Assembly: GCA_002269645.1 (NCBI GenBank)
Contig: NIVC01001512.1
Location: 1-64,000, forward strand
Length of the DNA: 64,000 nt
From: Macrostomum lignano
Lineage: Eukaryota
Direction of reading: 5' to 3'
The notes below the pieces were generated by a model. That model searched no databases. It worked only from the letters and a program-made list of their open reading frames with translations, and was not told where the DNA came from. Below are positions 35,275-48,345 of the stretch, one piece after another; position 1 is the stretch's first letter; each line of letters starts with the position of its first letter. Made by a program: the position numbers and the translations under genes.

Positions 35275-36290
35275 TAGCAATCAGCGCCCTCCGTTGGGGA
35301 GCCAAAAAAATGCAGCACAAGTTTTTTTAATAAACTACATGTAAGCGTCTCTTTGCATTATACCTCAGCAACCCCTTGTAAGCCTTGACATGTCAGCCAT
35401 TCCCCCCCACAAGCCTTAGCATATAAACTCCCCCTTGACATCTCAGCAATGCCTGAAATCTTGAAATCTTAAAAAATCTGTCAACCTTCTAACCCTAACC
35501 CTAGCCTAACCCTAACCCTAACCTTAAAGCATTGACATTTCAGTAATTCTCTCCGAGAGTCATTATAGCACTACAGCATTATAGCGATTCCCTGCAAGCC
35601 TCGACATCGTAGGGATTCCCAAATGAATCTCTTAACTTCGACATGAAGCTTCTTTTATTTTTTACATTACACTTTATCTATCAGCGATCCCTCCCGTGAA
35701 GAGCCAACAAATAATGAAAACATTTTTCAATAAACTAAAATGTAGCTTGTGAATTTAGCCTTGACATCTCAGCTATTCCCCCCGTAAGCCTTGATATCTG
35801 AAAAATCCCCTGTTAATCTTGAAACCCGCTAAAATCTAACCCTCAACCCAAACCTGACCTAAACCTAACTTTAACCCAACCTAAAGCCTTGAATCTCAGC
35901 AATTCTTCTCCCCTAAGCCTTGACATTTTAGTGATTCCTTGTTTAAGAATCACAGCACTATAGCGATTCCCTCCACTAGCCTTGGCATCGTAGCAATTCC
36001 CAAATGAATCTTTTAACTTCGACATCATGACTCTTCTTTTATGTATACATAGTGCTTCTTTTCTTTTTTACATGACTCTTCTTCTATCAGCGCCCCCCCG
36101 TAGCGAGCCAACAAAGAATGTAATAAAAAAATTGAGTAAACTACATGTACTTTGAAGTAGCTTCTGACGTTTGCTTCTTTGCTTCTCTGACATCTCAGAA
36201 ACCCCCCCCGTAATCTCAGTTATTCTCAGTGAGCCTTGACATCTTAGTAATTCTCCCCAGCACAGCACAATAGCTTCATTTAATTTTTAC
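35275..36290. repeat. Degenerate ~400-bp tandem repeat (~2.5 copies) containing short (CCCTAA)-like tracts
   Basis: tcagcg...gagccaa recurs at ~35280, ~35680 and ~36086; ttcccaaatgaatc..ttaacttcgacat recurs at ~35617 and ~35997. Confidence 0.65.
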
Positions 36291-36419
36291 ATGACACTTC
36301 TTTCATGTCTGACATTACGTTTATTTTGATTTTTACATGACACTTCTTTTATTCTTCCATGAAGCTTCTATGATTTCTCAAATGACACTTCCATTAGTTT
36401 TTATATGAGGCTTCTATGA

Positions 36420-36670
36420 TCTTTTGATGACCCTTCTATGATTGTTTACATGACGCTTCTATGATTGTTTACATGACGCTTCTATGATTGTTTACATGAC
36501 GCTTCTATGATTGTTTACATGACGCTTCTATGATTGTTTACATGACGCTTCTATGATTGTTTACATGACGCTTCTATGATTGTTTACATGACGCTTCTAT
36601 GATTGTTTACATGACGCTTCTATGATTGTTTACATGACGCTTCTATGATTGTTTACATGACGCTTCTATG
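36420..36670. repeat. 23-bp tandem minisatellite (atgattgtttacatgacgcttct), ~10 copies
   Basis: Visible perfect copies. Confidence 0.95.
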
Positions 36671-37854
36671 AGTTAGGTATAGGCACAAATTTTTGCTGTT
36701 ATAATGCCTATACTTAATTTTTGTCAATACTTTTTACCAATATTTCTGTCAATGCGTCTATATACATTATACCAGCTACTTTTGCTTACCAATTAATATG
36801 CACCAAAACATTTTTGATTATGTATGTATCGAAACATGCTTAATTTACCGACAATACCTGTGTGTTTTATGTACATGTAATTTTTGCTTATGAGCCTACT
36901 TTAAGTAATAAAAATGGGCCTACACCGGCCTACTTTTGTCAATACATGCATTTGCCAATACATGTACATCTAAAGGCCTATACGTATACGGGGGGGGGGG
37001 CGGCTGCTCGGTACCTGCAGTAGGCGTTAGGGCAACATATCGGCTCTTGCGTGGGGTGTGCGTTGCGGCAGAGTCGCCTGGGGGATACATATCGGCGCTA
37101 GGCCGGTAAGGGCGGCGCATACATGCATATAATAAATAATAGATCGTGTTGTTTAACAAATAATAAACAACACGATCTCCTTTGCCACTGTAGGATCCCC
37201 AGCATGGAGAATTATTCCAAGATAATTATAATGAGTTATGCCATTAAACGTACGTATGTATAATGTTACATATATCTAAACTTTATTACAGATAAATAAA
37301 ACAAGCAATGATAAAACAGTAAGCCGTAAATCCAATTCCGCAACAGTTTACATAATATTTTAAACCGTAGCTGTAACGCTTGCGTGGATTATAATTTTTT
37401 TCTAAAATCGGAATGATTTAAACAAAAAATAATATATATAGAATCAAATAAAGTTAGTATACAATCTATCAAACATCTTACGGCTCTGTAGGGCAAAAAC
37501 TATAAATGTAGAAAGAAGGTAAAACATATATAACGGTGCACAGAATGGTGAAAAGTCTATTTTAATCCGGTGAAAAGTTGCCTACGAGCTGGTACACTAT
37601 GAAACATGCAGGTGGGCGCTTCGCCGAACATGAGAAACTAACTTTGTCTTTTACAATTTTACGGTGTAACTTTTGTGCCATGAAGATTTTGTGAACATCC
37701 TCGTGCCATCCGGTGTGATCATACTAACAATTGAAGGTTACTCTCAGCAAGACACGAACCTTTAGCAGCTGTGGCCAGCTTTAATAATTAGGAGTGACAA
37801 GGCGCTATGAAAGAAATCATTTCTATGGCGTCGTATAGGACTCGATTTCGATTA

Positions 37855-38390
37855 GGAGGCAGGTTTTACCAAAAATACATCACGGAGATTTAATGAGGAT
37901 GAGGTTTAAATTTTTTCAGCACAAAAATTGTTAATATTGCTTTAGATAGGAGACAGACCCAACGTTAATCTTTTAATATGTCTTGCATTGCCTTTCTTAT
38001 AGTCATGTTGATTTTTACAAAGCTTTTCGTTTCAAAAATTAGGATAATAGCTAGAATTCTTTTAATTTTATATCCTTGTAATGAGATCCTAGCTTAATGA
38101 TTGTGTAACAAAATGTGTAACAGAATGATGAATTATGATTTTATGATTTCTAGGCATAGGACGTGCGTAGGATCACAGTAATCCTAAAAAGAGCTACGAC
38201 CATAAGGAAGGCAAGAAATATCAAAATATAAACGTTGAGTCTCCACTTTATTAAAAGCAATATAACAATTTTTGTGTTAAAAAATAAAAACTTCCTATCT
38301 CTGTAATGTATTTTTTAGTAAAACCTACTGCCTAAAAATTCCAAAAAACGTAGTTTTCCGTCTTTCTACACGTACCTGAGTAGTCCTTGG
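37855..38390. mobile_element. Older, diverged member of the 8873-9584 foldback family
   Basis: Shares ttttttcagcacaaaaattgtt...gataggag.cag...cttttcgtt.caaaaattagg, and has an inverted arm ending in gtagtccttg. Confidence 0.65.
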
Positions 38391-38843
38391 GATTATCTTT
38401 CTCAACGAACTCGTATTAAGGGCCGACCCGTTGAAGCGAGAATCTATCAGAATGCGTAACAATTTATTTGAAGGCTGAATTGGTCTTTAAAGTTTGTTCC
38501 TAATCAAGCAAGAAATCTTTTGTCAAGATTATTTAATTTTTAAATTTTGTCAGTAATATGCTTTCAGTTTTAGGTTTTGTTTTAATCGAGAAGCCAAATA
38601 AGACAGCTCATTCTATAAAAGCCTAGCTATATATTTCAATTTTGAGACTTTTAAAGCGAGATTCTGTCTACTGAATTTCACAATTTTGATATATGCTACA
38701 CGTACTAACGTCAGTCATACTGCACTACACGTCATAATGTCCTTTGCCCTCACAGACACAAATAGTAATTTAGGTGTACACAAAGCCGATACCATCCCAA
38801 ATGAAATACACATGAAGACCTCAATCATACGAGTAGCTGATGG

Positions 38844-41800
38844 TCATTGCTGCTTTCCTGTTCTCAGAATTTGCGTTCTTCGCCTCCGATCAGCGGCCCG
38901 ACCTCCAACTGTTACGGCGGCTGTTGTCAGCGCGGTTGTCAAAGCCGGCAGCTGCTGCTGCTGTTGATGATGCTGCTGTTGATGAAGATGCTGTAGAAAC
39001 GGTTGCTGCCTGCCGCTGGCCATCAGAGGATTCTCGCCCGAGAGAAGCAGGTGCGGCGGCGCCGCCGGCGGCTGGTGCTGGCTGGGCCGAACAGCCAAGG
39101 TCGGAAGCCTCTGAGGCTTGTAGGCGCCGTAGTAGACGGCCTCCTTCAGTTCGGCCTTCAGGCGTTCAACTTCGACAGCTTGACGCCGATTGTCAACCGT
39201 CAGCTGCTTCACCAGCAGCTCGCACTCCGGCAGGCTGGGCGCCCGCCACCGACTCGACCCATCGTCGACTGTTGAGTTGGCCTCGTCCACTGCGCCGATC
39301 CGCAGGGGGTCGAAGCGAACCCGCAGGTGCTGCAGTTGCAGCTCCGGCGGGCAGGCGGCCGCGGCCTCGGCTTGGGCGGCTCGATGGCGCAGCTCCTGGC
39401 TGCACGCGGCGGGTTGAGTGATTGATGGGTTCCAAAGTTATGGCTTGTGCATTCAGGCGTAGTAGAGAAAGACGGTAGGACGGGAAATTTTGTTTCTTAG
39501 AAAATATTTGAAGGCCGAGTTGACGCTTTGTCCAAAAAATTAGCGATTTTTTTATTGGAAGCAGATTAAATGCTGCATAGTATTTAATAAAGCCGCTATA
39601 TATATATTTCTTTATGAAGCCCGCCGTCAAAGATTTTCTTGGAAACAGATTTTACCGTCATTTATTATTAGGTCGTTCATGATTATGCCGGTAGCAACAC
39701 TTCACATTTATGAAAATTTATTTAAAAGGCCAAATTTCACCACACGATGCATTTTACATACAGCGGATTTGAAATATTTGAATATTTTTTGTTTTACTGT
39801 AAAGAACTTCTTTACCGGAAGCTGTACACCTTGAAGCGGAATTGGATACCTTGATTAGGTGATATGAACCTAGAAGTGCTGTTATATTACTTGAGTTATT
39901 TGACTACCTTTTGTAGTATTTTTACGTTAGCGCGGCGCTCGGATGTGCCAGCGGCTCGATCTAAGTAGTCGCATTAATTTGTGGCTAAATTGGAATCTCG
40001 GCTTGGCACTGCTCGTGCAATTAACACCCTTGAGGGCCGACCCCAAGGCACAGTGAAGTGTACATGCCTAACGATAAATAAAACTAGGGCTGCCGTACAC
40101 TCCTGTGTGAGTGTGTGCCTGTGCGTATGACTGCGTACGTATCCGCGCGCTTGTGTGCCTGCTCAGGGGAGTCGGCTGAATGGGCAGCAATGCCTCTCGC
40201 CAGATGTGTGACAATGTCACTTAAAGTGCGCCAGGGTGCACACAACCCCCTGCCGCTAATAGAAAAAAAGCAATTTATGATGGGTAAGATATTTCAACCT
40301 CTGTTTTTAAACAACCAACAGTGATCACACAGAATTAAGCAAAAGCCAGTCGTGCGTTATTTTCGTGGAGTGACAATTTTGACGCACTTTATTCAGAGTT
40401 GTTAAAGTAAATCGAATTCGAATTTGCGTTAAAAAGAAGGACATTGTAAAGAACTTTTACCCAGACACAATGGCAAGTCAAAACGGCCATTATTGCATGC
40501 ATGCACCATTCAGCGACTCCACCACAGATTTTTCCAATTGATAAGAGTAGGCATACTGCTATGATTCTATTAAACTAATTAAAAATGACCAAGTTATAGG
40601 CTTGCCTATTATCTTATCAGATTGCCAATTCAACTGGCCCTCGCCACGCGTAATCAATGTACGAGCGTACATCACACTCTCTGCCCCAAGTGACCAATCA
40701 GTTCACCCACCCCATCTCTCGTCCAATCAAATCAAACTTAAAAGTGCGTCAAATTGTCTAAAATTCCATACAATCTATCGTTGTTGAACATCATTTAGTG
40801 CACAGTTAAAATCTTCCCAATCTGTTTATTTATTACATGCATAGGTGTTTAAAGTGGGTTGTTCAACAATGTCCATTTTTATATAGCAAATTTAAATTAA
40901 ATTTTATTTACCTAGCGAATCAGTGAGGAAACTACCTGGGGAGCAATAGCAGTTTTCACGATGCAGAATTCAACACATTTAATTAGCACACAATAAGTGG
41001 TCTATTAACAGTGTTAATTAGTATATGATTAATATTTAATAGATCATAGATGTACTGGTGAGTGAGCATAGGCAACTTAAGAAGGCTGACACTGTGCACT
41101 GCCAGATTGCAGAATTGCAGATATCTTCATTTGTCAAATTTTGTTAAAGTTCTGCATAAGAATGAATTCACAGAGGAGTTTGCCAGTGCACAGTGACCAC
41201 AATTCGATTTTAGCTGCCAAGTTGGAGGTGGAGTGAGTTTTCATGCACTTTGATTAAAGTGAAACAACCGCAAATGTAAATATTACAATGCATATACATG
41301 TACTTTGCGTTAGCGCAGACCTGCCATCTTACCCTCCGCGTTTGCTGGTCCACCGACGACTTCGAACAGTTTTGCTGCTGTTTTGGTTTATCAATAGCAA
41401 TTATTGTTATTAATAAATCCGTTTCCGTTTTGTTTAAAACGAGTTACTAAAACTAACTACGGATTTTTAAGCGCAAACTGCGAGTCGCGGTACCAAAACC
41501 AGCTATAGTTAGTGGCTGCGCATATGAGGCATATTATACTGATTTATTATAACTACTAAAACATTACGCCGCCATTAGGCTAAGCGACAGTTAACTAGAA
41601 AAACGGAGAATGAACATATGAGAACTTAATTTTGGCGGGAAAGGCTGTCATACTTCTTGAGAAGTAAAAATCAAGGAAATTCTGAAACCAATGAAACTGA
41701 CAGAATCTCCAAATGAAACTGACAGAATCTCCAATGAAACTGACAGAATCTCCAATGAAACTGACAGAATCTCCAATGAAACTGACAGAATGTCCAATGA

Positions 41801-43183
41801 AACTGACAGAATCTCCAATGAAACTGACAGAATGTCCAATGAAACTGACAGCATGTCCAATGAAACTGACAGAATGTCCAATGAAACTGACAGAATCTCC
41901 AATGAAACTGACAGAATCTCCAATGAAACTGACAGAATCTCCAATGAAACTGACAGAATCTCCAATGAAACTGACAGAATGTCCAATGAAACTGACAGAA
42001 TCTCCAATGAAACTGACAGAATGTCCAATGAAACTGACAGAATCTCCAATGAAACTGACAGAATCTCCAATGAAACTGACAGAATCTCCAATGAAACTGA
42101 CAGAATGTCCAATGAAACTGACAGAATCTCCAATGAAACTGACAGAATGTCCAATGAAACTGACACTCAATGTTAAACTAGCATTACATGTAATTACTAG
42201 ACTATCACTACTATTTATCAATTGGTAAATAAAGACTGTCGCAAAATGCTTATATTAAAGAATTTACTAGCAGACTTTAGCGTTGGCTTGAAATGTACTG
42301 ATTGACTTTGCTTACTTCTCCTTCTGTAGCTGCTCGGTCTGCTGCTCCAGCAGCAGCTGCAGAGCCTGGCGCTGGCGTTTCTCATCAGCCAGCTGCTTCT
42401 GCACCAGCTGCAGCTGCTCTCGAAGATGCCCGCCTTCAGAACTGTCAAGTTGAACAGCGGCGCTGACTGCAGCATCGGCGTCGGCGGAGTCGCCGGCATC
42501 CTTGCTGACGTCAGCCGGGTGGTGACGCACAGATGGACTCTCCAGCCGCCTTGAAGAGGCGGACATTTGAGCCGCAACCGTGGCAGCTCCGCTGTTTCGG
42601 CCGGTCATGACGACACGGTATTGCAAATCTATGGAAATCATTGAAGTTTTGAGTAGTCATGATAATATTGAGGTGTTTATATATTCTTCAAGTTTGATGT
42701 CAATAAATTGCAACTTTGTTTAGAGAGAACCCAGCGGTAAGCGTGTCAAAGTACCCCAGCAACTGCTTGCCTCGTTCCTGTCTGCAGGGGTTCTGTCTGC
42801 GGGGTTCACTGCCGCCTGTAATTTGAGCTCATCTCAAAGCTTAAAAAATCTCAAAGTCCCTCACCTTTGTTCTCTAGGCGCAGTCGTTCAATTTCAGCCT
42901 GCAACGAGGCCAGCATTTCTTCGTGCTGAATTCGCAGAAAGTTGAGGTTTTTTTCCAGGTAGACAGCTCGCCGACTCGCCAAGTCGCCTGCACCTTCATC
43001 GACGTCGGCCTCGCCATCCGGCGCCTGCGCCTGGTGGCTACTGTCGATTGGCGGCAGCACTGGCGTTTTGGGCGCGCCAATCCGGCTGTTTGGCGCCTGG
43101 AGGCTGAAGGTCTCCAAGTGGGCCACGCGGCTCCATTGGGGCAGGTGGAGGCCGGCGGTGCGGCTGGAGAACGGGTCTTCCAT
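38844..43183 (-). CDS. CCDC74: CCDC74-like coiled-coil protein; exons 43183-42865, 42628-42316, 41377-41333, 39399-38844
   Basis: N-terminal CCDC92/74-type block YLEKNLNFLRIQHEEMLASLQAEIERLRLENK|DLQYRVVM and C-terminal FDPLRI...PSLPECELLVKQL..N..Q..E...LK. GT-AG joins have consistent phases 1,2,2. Confidence 0.72.
39925..40270 (+). mobile_element. SINE copy of the same family as 22081-22452
   Basis: Long collinear match (attggaatctcggcttggc...gcacacaaccccctgcc.ctaata + A tail); head degenerate. Confidence 0.85.
41690..42165. repeat. 21-bp tandem minisatellite (ccaatgaaactgacagaat[c/g]t) in a CCDC74-like intron
   Basis: About 22 visible copies; source of the NETDRIS ORFs. Confidence 0.95.
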
Positions 43184-45302
43184 GCGATGCAATGGAGAGC
43201 CACTTTTTGAGCAGGAATGTCGGACATTAGTAGTGGTTAAAAAAGTAAAAAAACTTAAACATTCCCATATTTTCACACCTTAAATTAAATTTTCCGCTTG
43301 AAAAAAACTATGCTCTTTTAAATAGTATTGACTTCTACTATTAATATATTATAATTGTATGCTGTTAAAAATCGATTACCAATCTTATTTTAGAAGGCCA
43401 AAATAAGTGCAAATTGATTTCAGCTTTTCTACATAGAGAAAAAAGTACATTTTACATTGAATCTATCAAAAATTTAAGTCACAAAAAATCTACCAAGTAA
43501 TGATAATTTATGACTATGATTAATTAGAATAGTATCAATTTAATAATTTATTTTTAAAAATATAAAAGGATTGTGCTATAGTTCAATTTTCGGTGATTAA
43601 TATTTATTATCTAGAAGCATACAAATTATTGGCTTCAATAAATTCTCCATTCAGTAGTATATGTATTTGCACTAGTGTGTGGCAGTCGCAGAGTCGATTG
43701 AAAGTGAAAATTTATCTTAAATTTAAATTTATCTATTAGGGTATCTGACGTGAGAATTTCATAGATATTAGAAGCATAAATGCTGAAATGAAATCTAAAT
43801 ATACTAAATCTCTAAGGTTAAGCAAGCTTAGATGCTTGCTTGTCCATAATATAATACTATATATACTACTTTAGTATAATTAATATGCCTTAGTATAATT
43901 AAAAAGCCTATGTACTTATATAGACTCCTAGAGGCTATAAATTACTATAATTGATTCATCGCAATAAAGCTATATAAATTGACAACATTTTTCCTAGTCG
44001 AAATATCCACTTTAAACAAAAATACTTTCTGCTTTCTGACATTTGCGTAAGAAATACTTACGCTATTTATTTATTTTTTAAAATAATATTTTCTTGAGCA
44101 GTCTAAGCGTAATCAAGCTTTATAATCTTTCGGAATATATTCAATATATTTTGTTAATCTAGCCCACTTTATAAAAGCCGATGTGCAACTTTACAATAAA
44201 TGCATTTTCCTATTTACCACTATTATCAAGTTGTGCAGTTGTGCAATTAATCGGATATGTATCCCGGAAATTCAGTAAAAAATAGATTTTCACAATTGAT
44301 ATTAAAATTGCATCGATTTTTTTAAATTAGATTTTACGCATTTTTCGCAAATTGTAATTGGGATCCTTTCCCTGTAACTGAAATATACCGGCCTCCCATT
44401 TTCACTTGAACATCCTGTGTAATATAGCCACTGCTATTTAGGTGCTAAAATCGAGCATGAAGTGTCTGAAATCAGTAATGAAAACAAAATAATTTCGAAA
44501 ACCTAATAACTCTCTTTAATTAATAATTAGCGTGTGATTAATTGTAACAATTATTGAGAAATAATATACATACATGTACATAAGGAAGTGACACAGAAAT
44601 TCCTATGAAATAAAAGAGGCTTTTCATATTTCCGATTTCAGAAATTTTCACTTTACTTCATTAATTTTCTGAATCGGTTCTAGAACTGAGTACTGGTTCA
44701 GGAAAAAAATAAATTTCAATTCGATATTTACATGTATAACGTACATGTATAATTTACATGTATAACATGAATAACGTTTCTCGTAAATGCATTTTTTCTA
44801 TTAACAAGATGCGCTAAATAAAGAAACTATAGGGTGACAGAAGATACTTCTTCAAAAAATTATTTTTAGACAGAAAATTAATCGATAGATTTAATTGACT
44901 TTTCTACCGACAGCGGTTCTGGAATAATAAATCAATATGATTCTCCGGATTGGTTCTGGAGTAAATCTTTTTGAACTGCCCCATTAATTGCTCCAGTTAT
45001 TATAGGAAGTTTTATTTTTATCCATAATTTTGTAAATTGTAAATTTGATGTTTCATGAAAATGTAGATCCATAAAATAATAGCGCTTACCCACCCACCTG
45101 TCTTGTACAGGGACTTTGATTATATTGTTGAACTTACAATGGTTTGATCTTAATTAGCTTTGACTTAATTTGAGGTTTTACTCTTGACTGGCAAAAGGGC
45201 TACTATCTATTGAAATGGTATTGACCGTATTGTACACAAAGAAGGACCAAGCTGTAGTAGTAGACACACTGGTCCTTTCAGCCGAATTTTAAAAAAAAAT
45301 CC

Positions 45303-45382
45303 TGGCAGCGGTGGGATTCGAACCCACGCCCTTTCGGACTGGTGCCTTAAACCAGCGCCTTAGACCGCTCGGCCACGCTACC
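45303..45382 (-). tRNA. tRNA-Leu(AAG)
   Basis: GGTAGCGTGGCCGAGCGGTCTAAGGCGCTGGTTTAAGGCACCAGTCCGAAAGGGCGTGGGTTCGAATCCCACCGCTGCCA folds as a cloverleaf with variable arm and AAG anticodon; an oligo-T terminator follows within a few bases. Confidence 0.97.
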
Positions 45383-45719
45383 GCTGTTATTAGCGAAGCT
45401 CTGCTCTCGCCCATAAGTCTGTGCCAGAGTATAGGTATATAGGCCAGGACTAGTAGCGATAATATTCTCGCTACAAATGTGTATTTATAGCATATTACCT
45501 CACAGCTCTTGCTGCTGATAAGACCAATACATGTGTCTGTACCACTGGACAGACAGCAACATTTACAATCATGTATTCTCCGTTCCTTTTAAAAATGATA
45601 AAAGCATAAATATATTCAATAAATTTTCATGTTTCTGCTTTCGACTTATTTAAAAGCAAACCGGCAATATCTTAACGTCAACATGTGGTTACTGTAATAG
45701 TATTTAAGCAGACTCGCTG

Positions 45720-46330
45720 TTTAAAGGCGGACACCCCTGTCTTGAAGCGGACACCTCTGTGTTGAAGCGGATACCCCTGTCTTAAAGCGGACACACCCTG
45801 TCTTGAAGCGGACACCTCTGTCTTAAAGCGGACACCTCTGTCTTGAAGCGGACACCTGTGTCTTAAAGCGGACATCTCTGTTTTGGAGCGGACACCCCTG
45901 CCTTGAAGAGGACACCCCTGTCTTGGAGCGGACACCCCTGTCTTGAAGCGGACACCTCTGTCTTGAAGCGGACACCTGTGTCTTAAAGCGGACATCTCTG
46001 TTTTGGAGCGGACACCCCTGCCTTGAAGAGGACACCCCTGCCTTGAAGAGGACACCCCTGTCTTGGAGCGGACACCCCTGTCTTGGAGCGGACACCCCTG
46101 TCTTGAAGCGGACAACCCTATTGTGGAAGCGCGGACACCCCTGTCTTGAAGCGGACAACCCTATTGTTGAAGCGGATACCCCTGTCTTGAAGCGGACAAC
46201 CCTATTGTGGAAGCGCGGACACCCCTGTCTTGAAGCGGACAACCCTATTGTTGAAGCGGATACCCCTGTCTTGAAGCGGACAACCCTATTGTTGAAGCGG
46301 ACACCCCTGTCTTAAAGCGGACACCTTTGT
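45720..46330. repeat. 20-21-bp minisatellite (tcttgaagcggacacccctg), left part
   Basis: Visible tandem copies with higher-order duplications. Confidence 0.92.
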
Positions 46331-46344
46331 TTTAGAGGGGATAG

Positions 46345-47397
46345 CGACGTTTGCCAGCCGACGTTTGCCAGCCGACGTTTTGCCAGCCGACGTTTGCCAG
46401 CCGACGTTTGCCAGCCGACGTTTGCCAGCCGACGTTTGCCAGCCGACGTTTGCCAGCCGACGTTTGCCAGCCGACATTAAGTCAGTGAGTGAAAAATTTG
46501 ATACTGAAATATTCGCAGTTTAGCGGTTTAAAAAGCCGTTTTTTAGTTCAACTTTTTGACGGTTATTCGCATGTATTAAATTTCGAAAACAAAATCTATA
46601 CAAATTATGCAGTTCATCAATCTAACATATAATCTAACTACAATTTCTGTGAATGTGAAAATATTATAAATTTTATTTCTGACAGTTTTGTATCGCTTTT
46701 CCCAGTTTGAGATGTTTGATTTTTGATTTGCGAATGAAGACACGCAAATTTAATCGGGAATCTCCAGCGAGCCAAGTTTTGAGCAAATAAAATAACTGCT
46801 GAACGATAATTCTGGCTTATATATTTCCCAGTTCATTGGGAGATCCAAAAGTAAGAGAATTAATTCCAATGCAGCTTGTCAAGTGTACGCTGTCATGGCC
46901 AAACTCCATTAAGCAGAGTTTGGCTTTTGAGTTAAGTATATATAGGCGAGACTAGGCCAATACCATTATGGATTTCTCAGCCTTTTCCCATTTAGCTTGT
47001 AAACACTTGGCTTGTTTGGCCACTGAGATGGAAAGGGGCGTTCCATGGCATACATAGACATCAACTGTGACGATGGAAACTCCTATTTTGTATTTTTACC
47101 TTTATATTTAGGCAGACAAGAGCAATAACTTCAATAAGCCTGAACAGTAGTTTGTTAGTAACCTGTATATTTAATAGCAGTAGTAGGGAGCGAGCTGGAA
47201 TTTGATTAGTGCTGTGTCCACAGTTTTTAAATGCAAGTACATGTAAGCCTAAGAGAGGGCGTACTTCTTTAACCAATTGCCGCCTGCAGATGTCCGGCTG
47301 GCCAATGTCCCGCAGGCAAACGTCGGCTGGCAAACGTCGGCTGGCAAACGTCCCGCTGGCAAACGTCGGCTGGCAAACGTCCGGCAGGCAAAAGTCG
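46345..47397. mobile_element. Foldback-type DNA element with inverted arrays of a 14-bp unit, flanked by TAG on both sides
   Basis: (cgacgtttgccagc)x~9 at 46345-46475 and inverted, degenerate (cgtcggctggcaaa) copies at 47285-47397; AT-rich core. Confidence 0.72.
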
Positions 47398-47400
47398 TAG

Positions 47401-47670
47401 ACCCGTCTTGGAGAGAGGACAACCCTGTCTTGAAGCGGACACCACTGTCATGAAGCGGACACCTCTGTCTTGAAGTGGACACCTCTCTCTTGAAGCGGAC
47501 AACCCTTGTGTTGAAACGGACACCCCTGTCTTGAAGCGGACGCCCCTGTCTTGGAGAGGACAACCCTTGTGTTGAAGTGGACACCCCTGTCTTGAAACGG
47601 ACACCCTTGGATTGAACGGACACCTTTGGATTGAAACGGACACTCCTGTGTTGTTGGAGCGGACACTTGC
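47401..47670. repeat. Continuation of the 20-21-bp minisatellite, right part, more diverged
   Basis: Same unit and orientation as 45720-46330. Confidence 0.88.
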
Positions 47671-48345
47671 TTTGAACCCCCATTAATTGTGCAACTGTTG
47701 TTGCAATCACTATAGTACAAGGTTGTCTCTCTTTGACTGCATGACTTGCCGTCGTCAACATGCAAAAAAACTACAAATTATAAATTAGCAATATTTCTGG
47801 CAGAAGCTTGAGTTCGCGGACATCGAAGTATAAAAAATGATAGAATTAAAACAAAAAGGCAAGAGCACACAGTTTCAGAGGTCGACACAAACATTAGCAA
47901 ATTTTTATCGAAATTTTAATATTTTATTCTTTAGGAAAAATAAACTTCAAACGAAACAAGGCATCGGCATGCACATTTATACGTTTAGCTACTCGTTCTT
48001 GTGATAAAACCTGTGCAAAATTGACAATAGAAAAAAGGAAACAAAAGCTTGCTCGTGTCTGGTACTCAAACAGATATTTAGGTCAAATGTTTGTGATCTT
48101 TGTACACTAAATAGTCGAACGGTTGTACGCTAACACAAAACAAACAACTTGTTATTCAGAAAATTGTTCTGTATCGTATTATCACATGGATTCATTCGCG
48201 TTCTTCTTCAGAAGTGCTACTTGCGAGTAGGCAAATAAGTAGTAAATGACGGTCACTTTAAAAATAATCCCGATTATTTGAATGTTTAATTTTTTAAACC
48301 GCATTCTTTGCTTTAACTCTGCTCCGATGTAGCGGCGCTCCGACC

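Noticed and set aside
41595-42228. NETDRIS/SFIGDSV/MKLTESP repeat ORFs resembling antifreeze or mucin proteins
   Set aside because: They are readings of a 21-bp intronic minisatellite that is open in several frames on both strands, with no splice support.
42755-42815. Possible extra GC-rich exon in CCDC74-like intron 1
   Set aside because: Its 61-nt length would shift the frame, and the direct join ENK|DLQY already matches the family motif.
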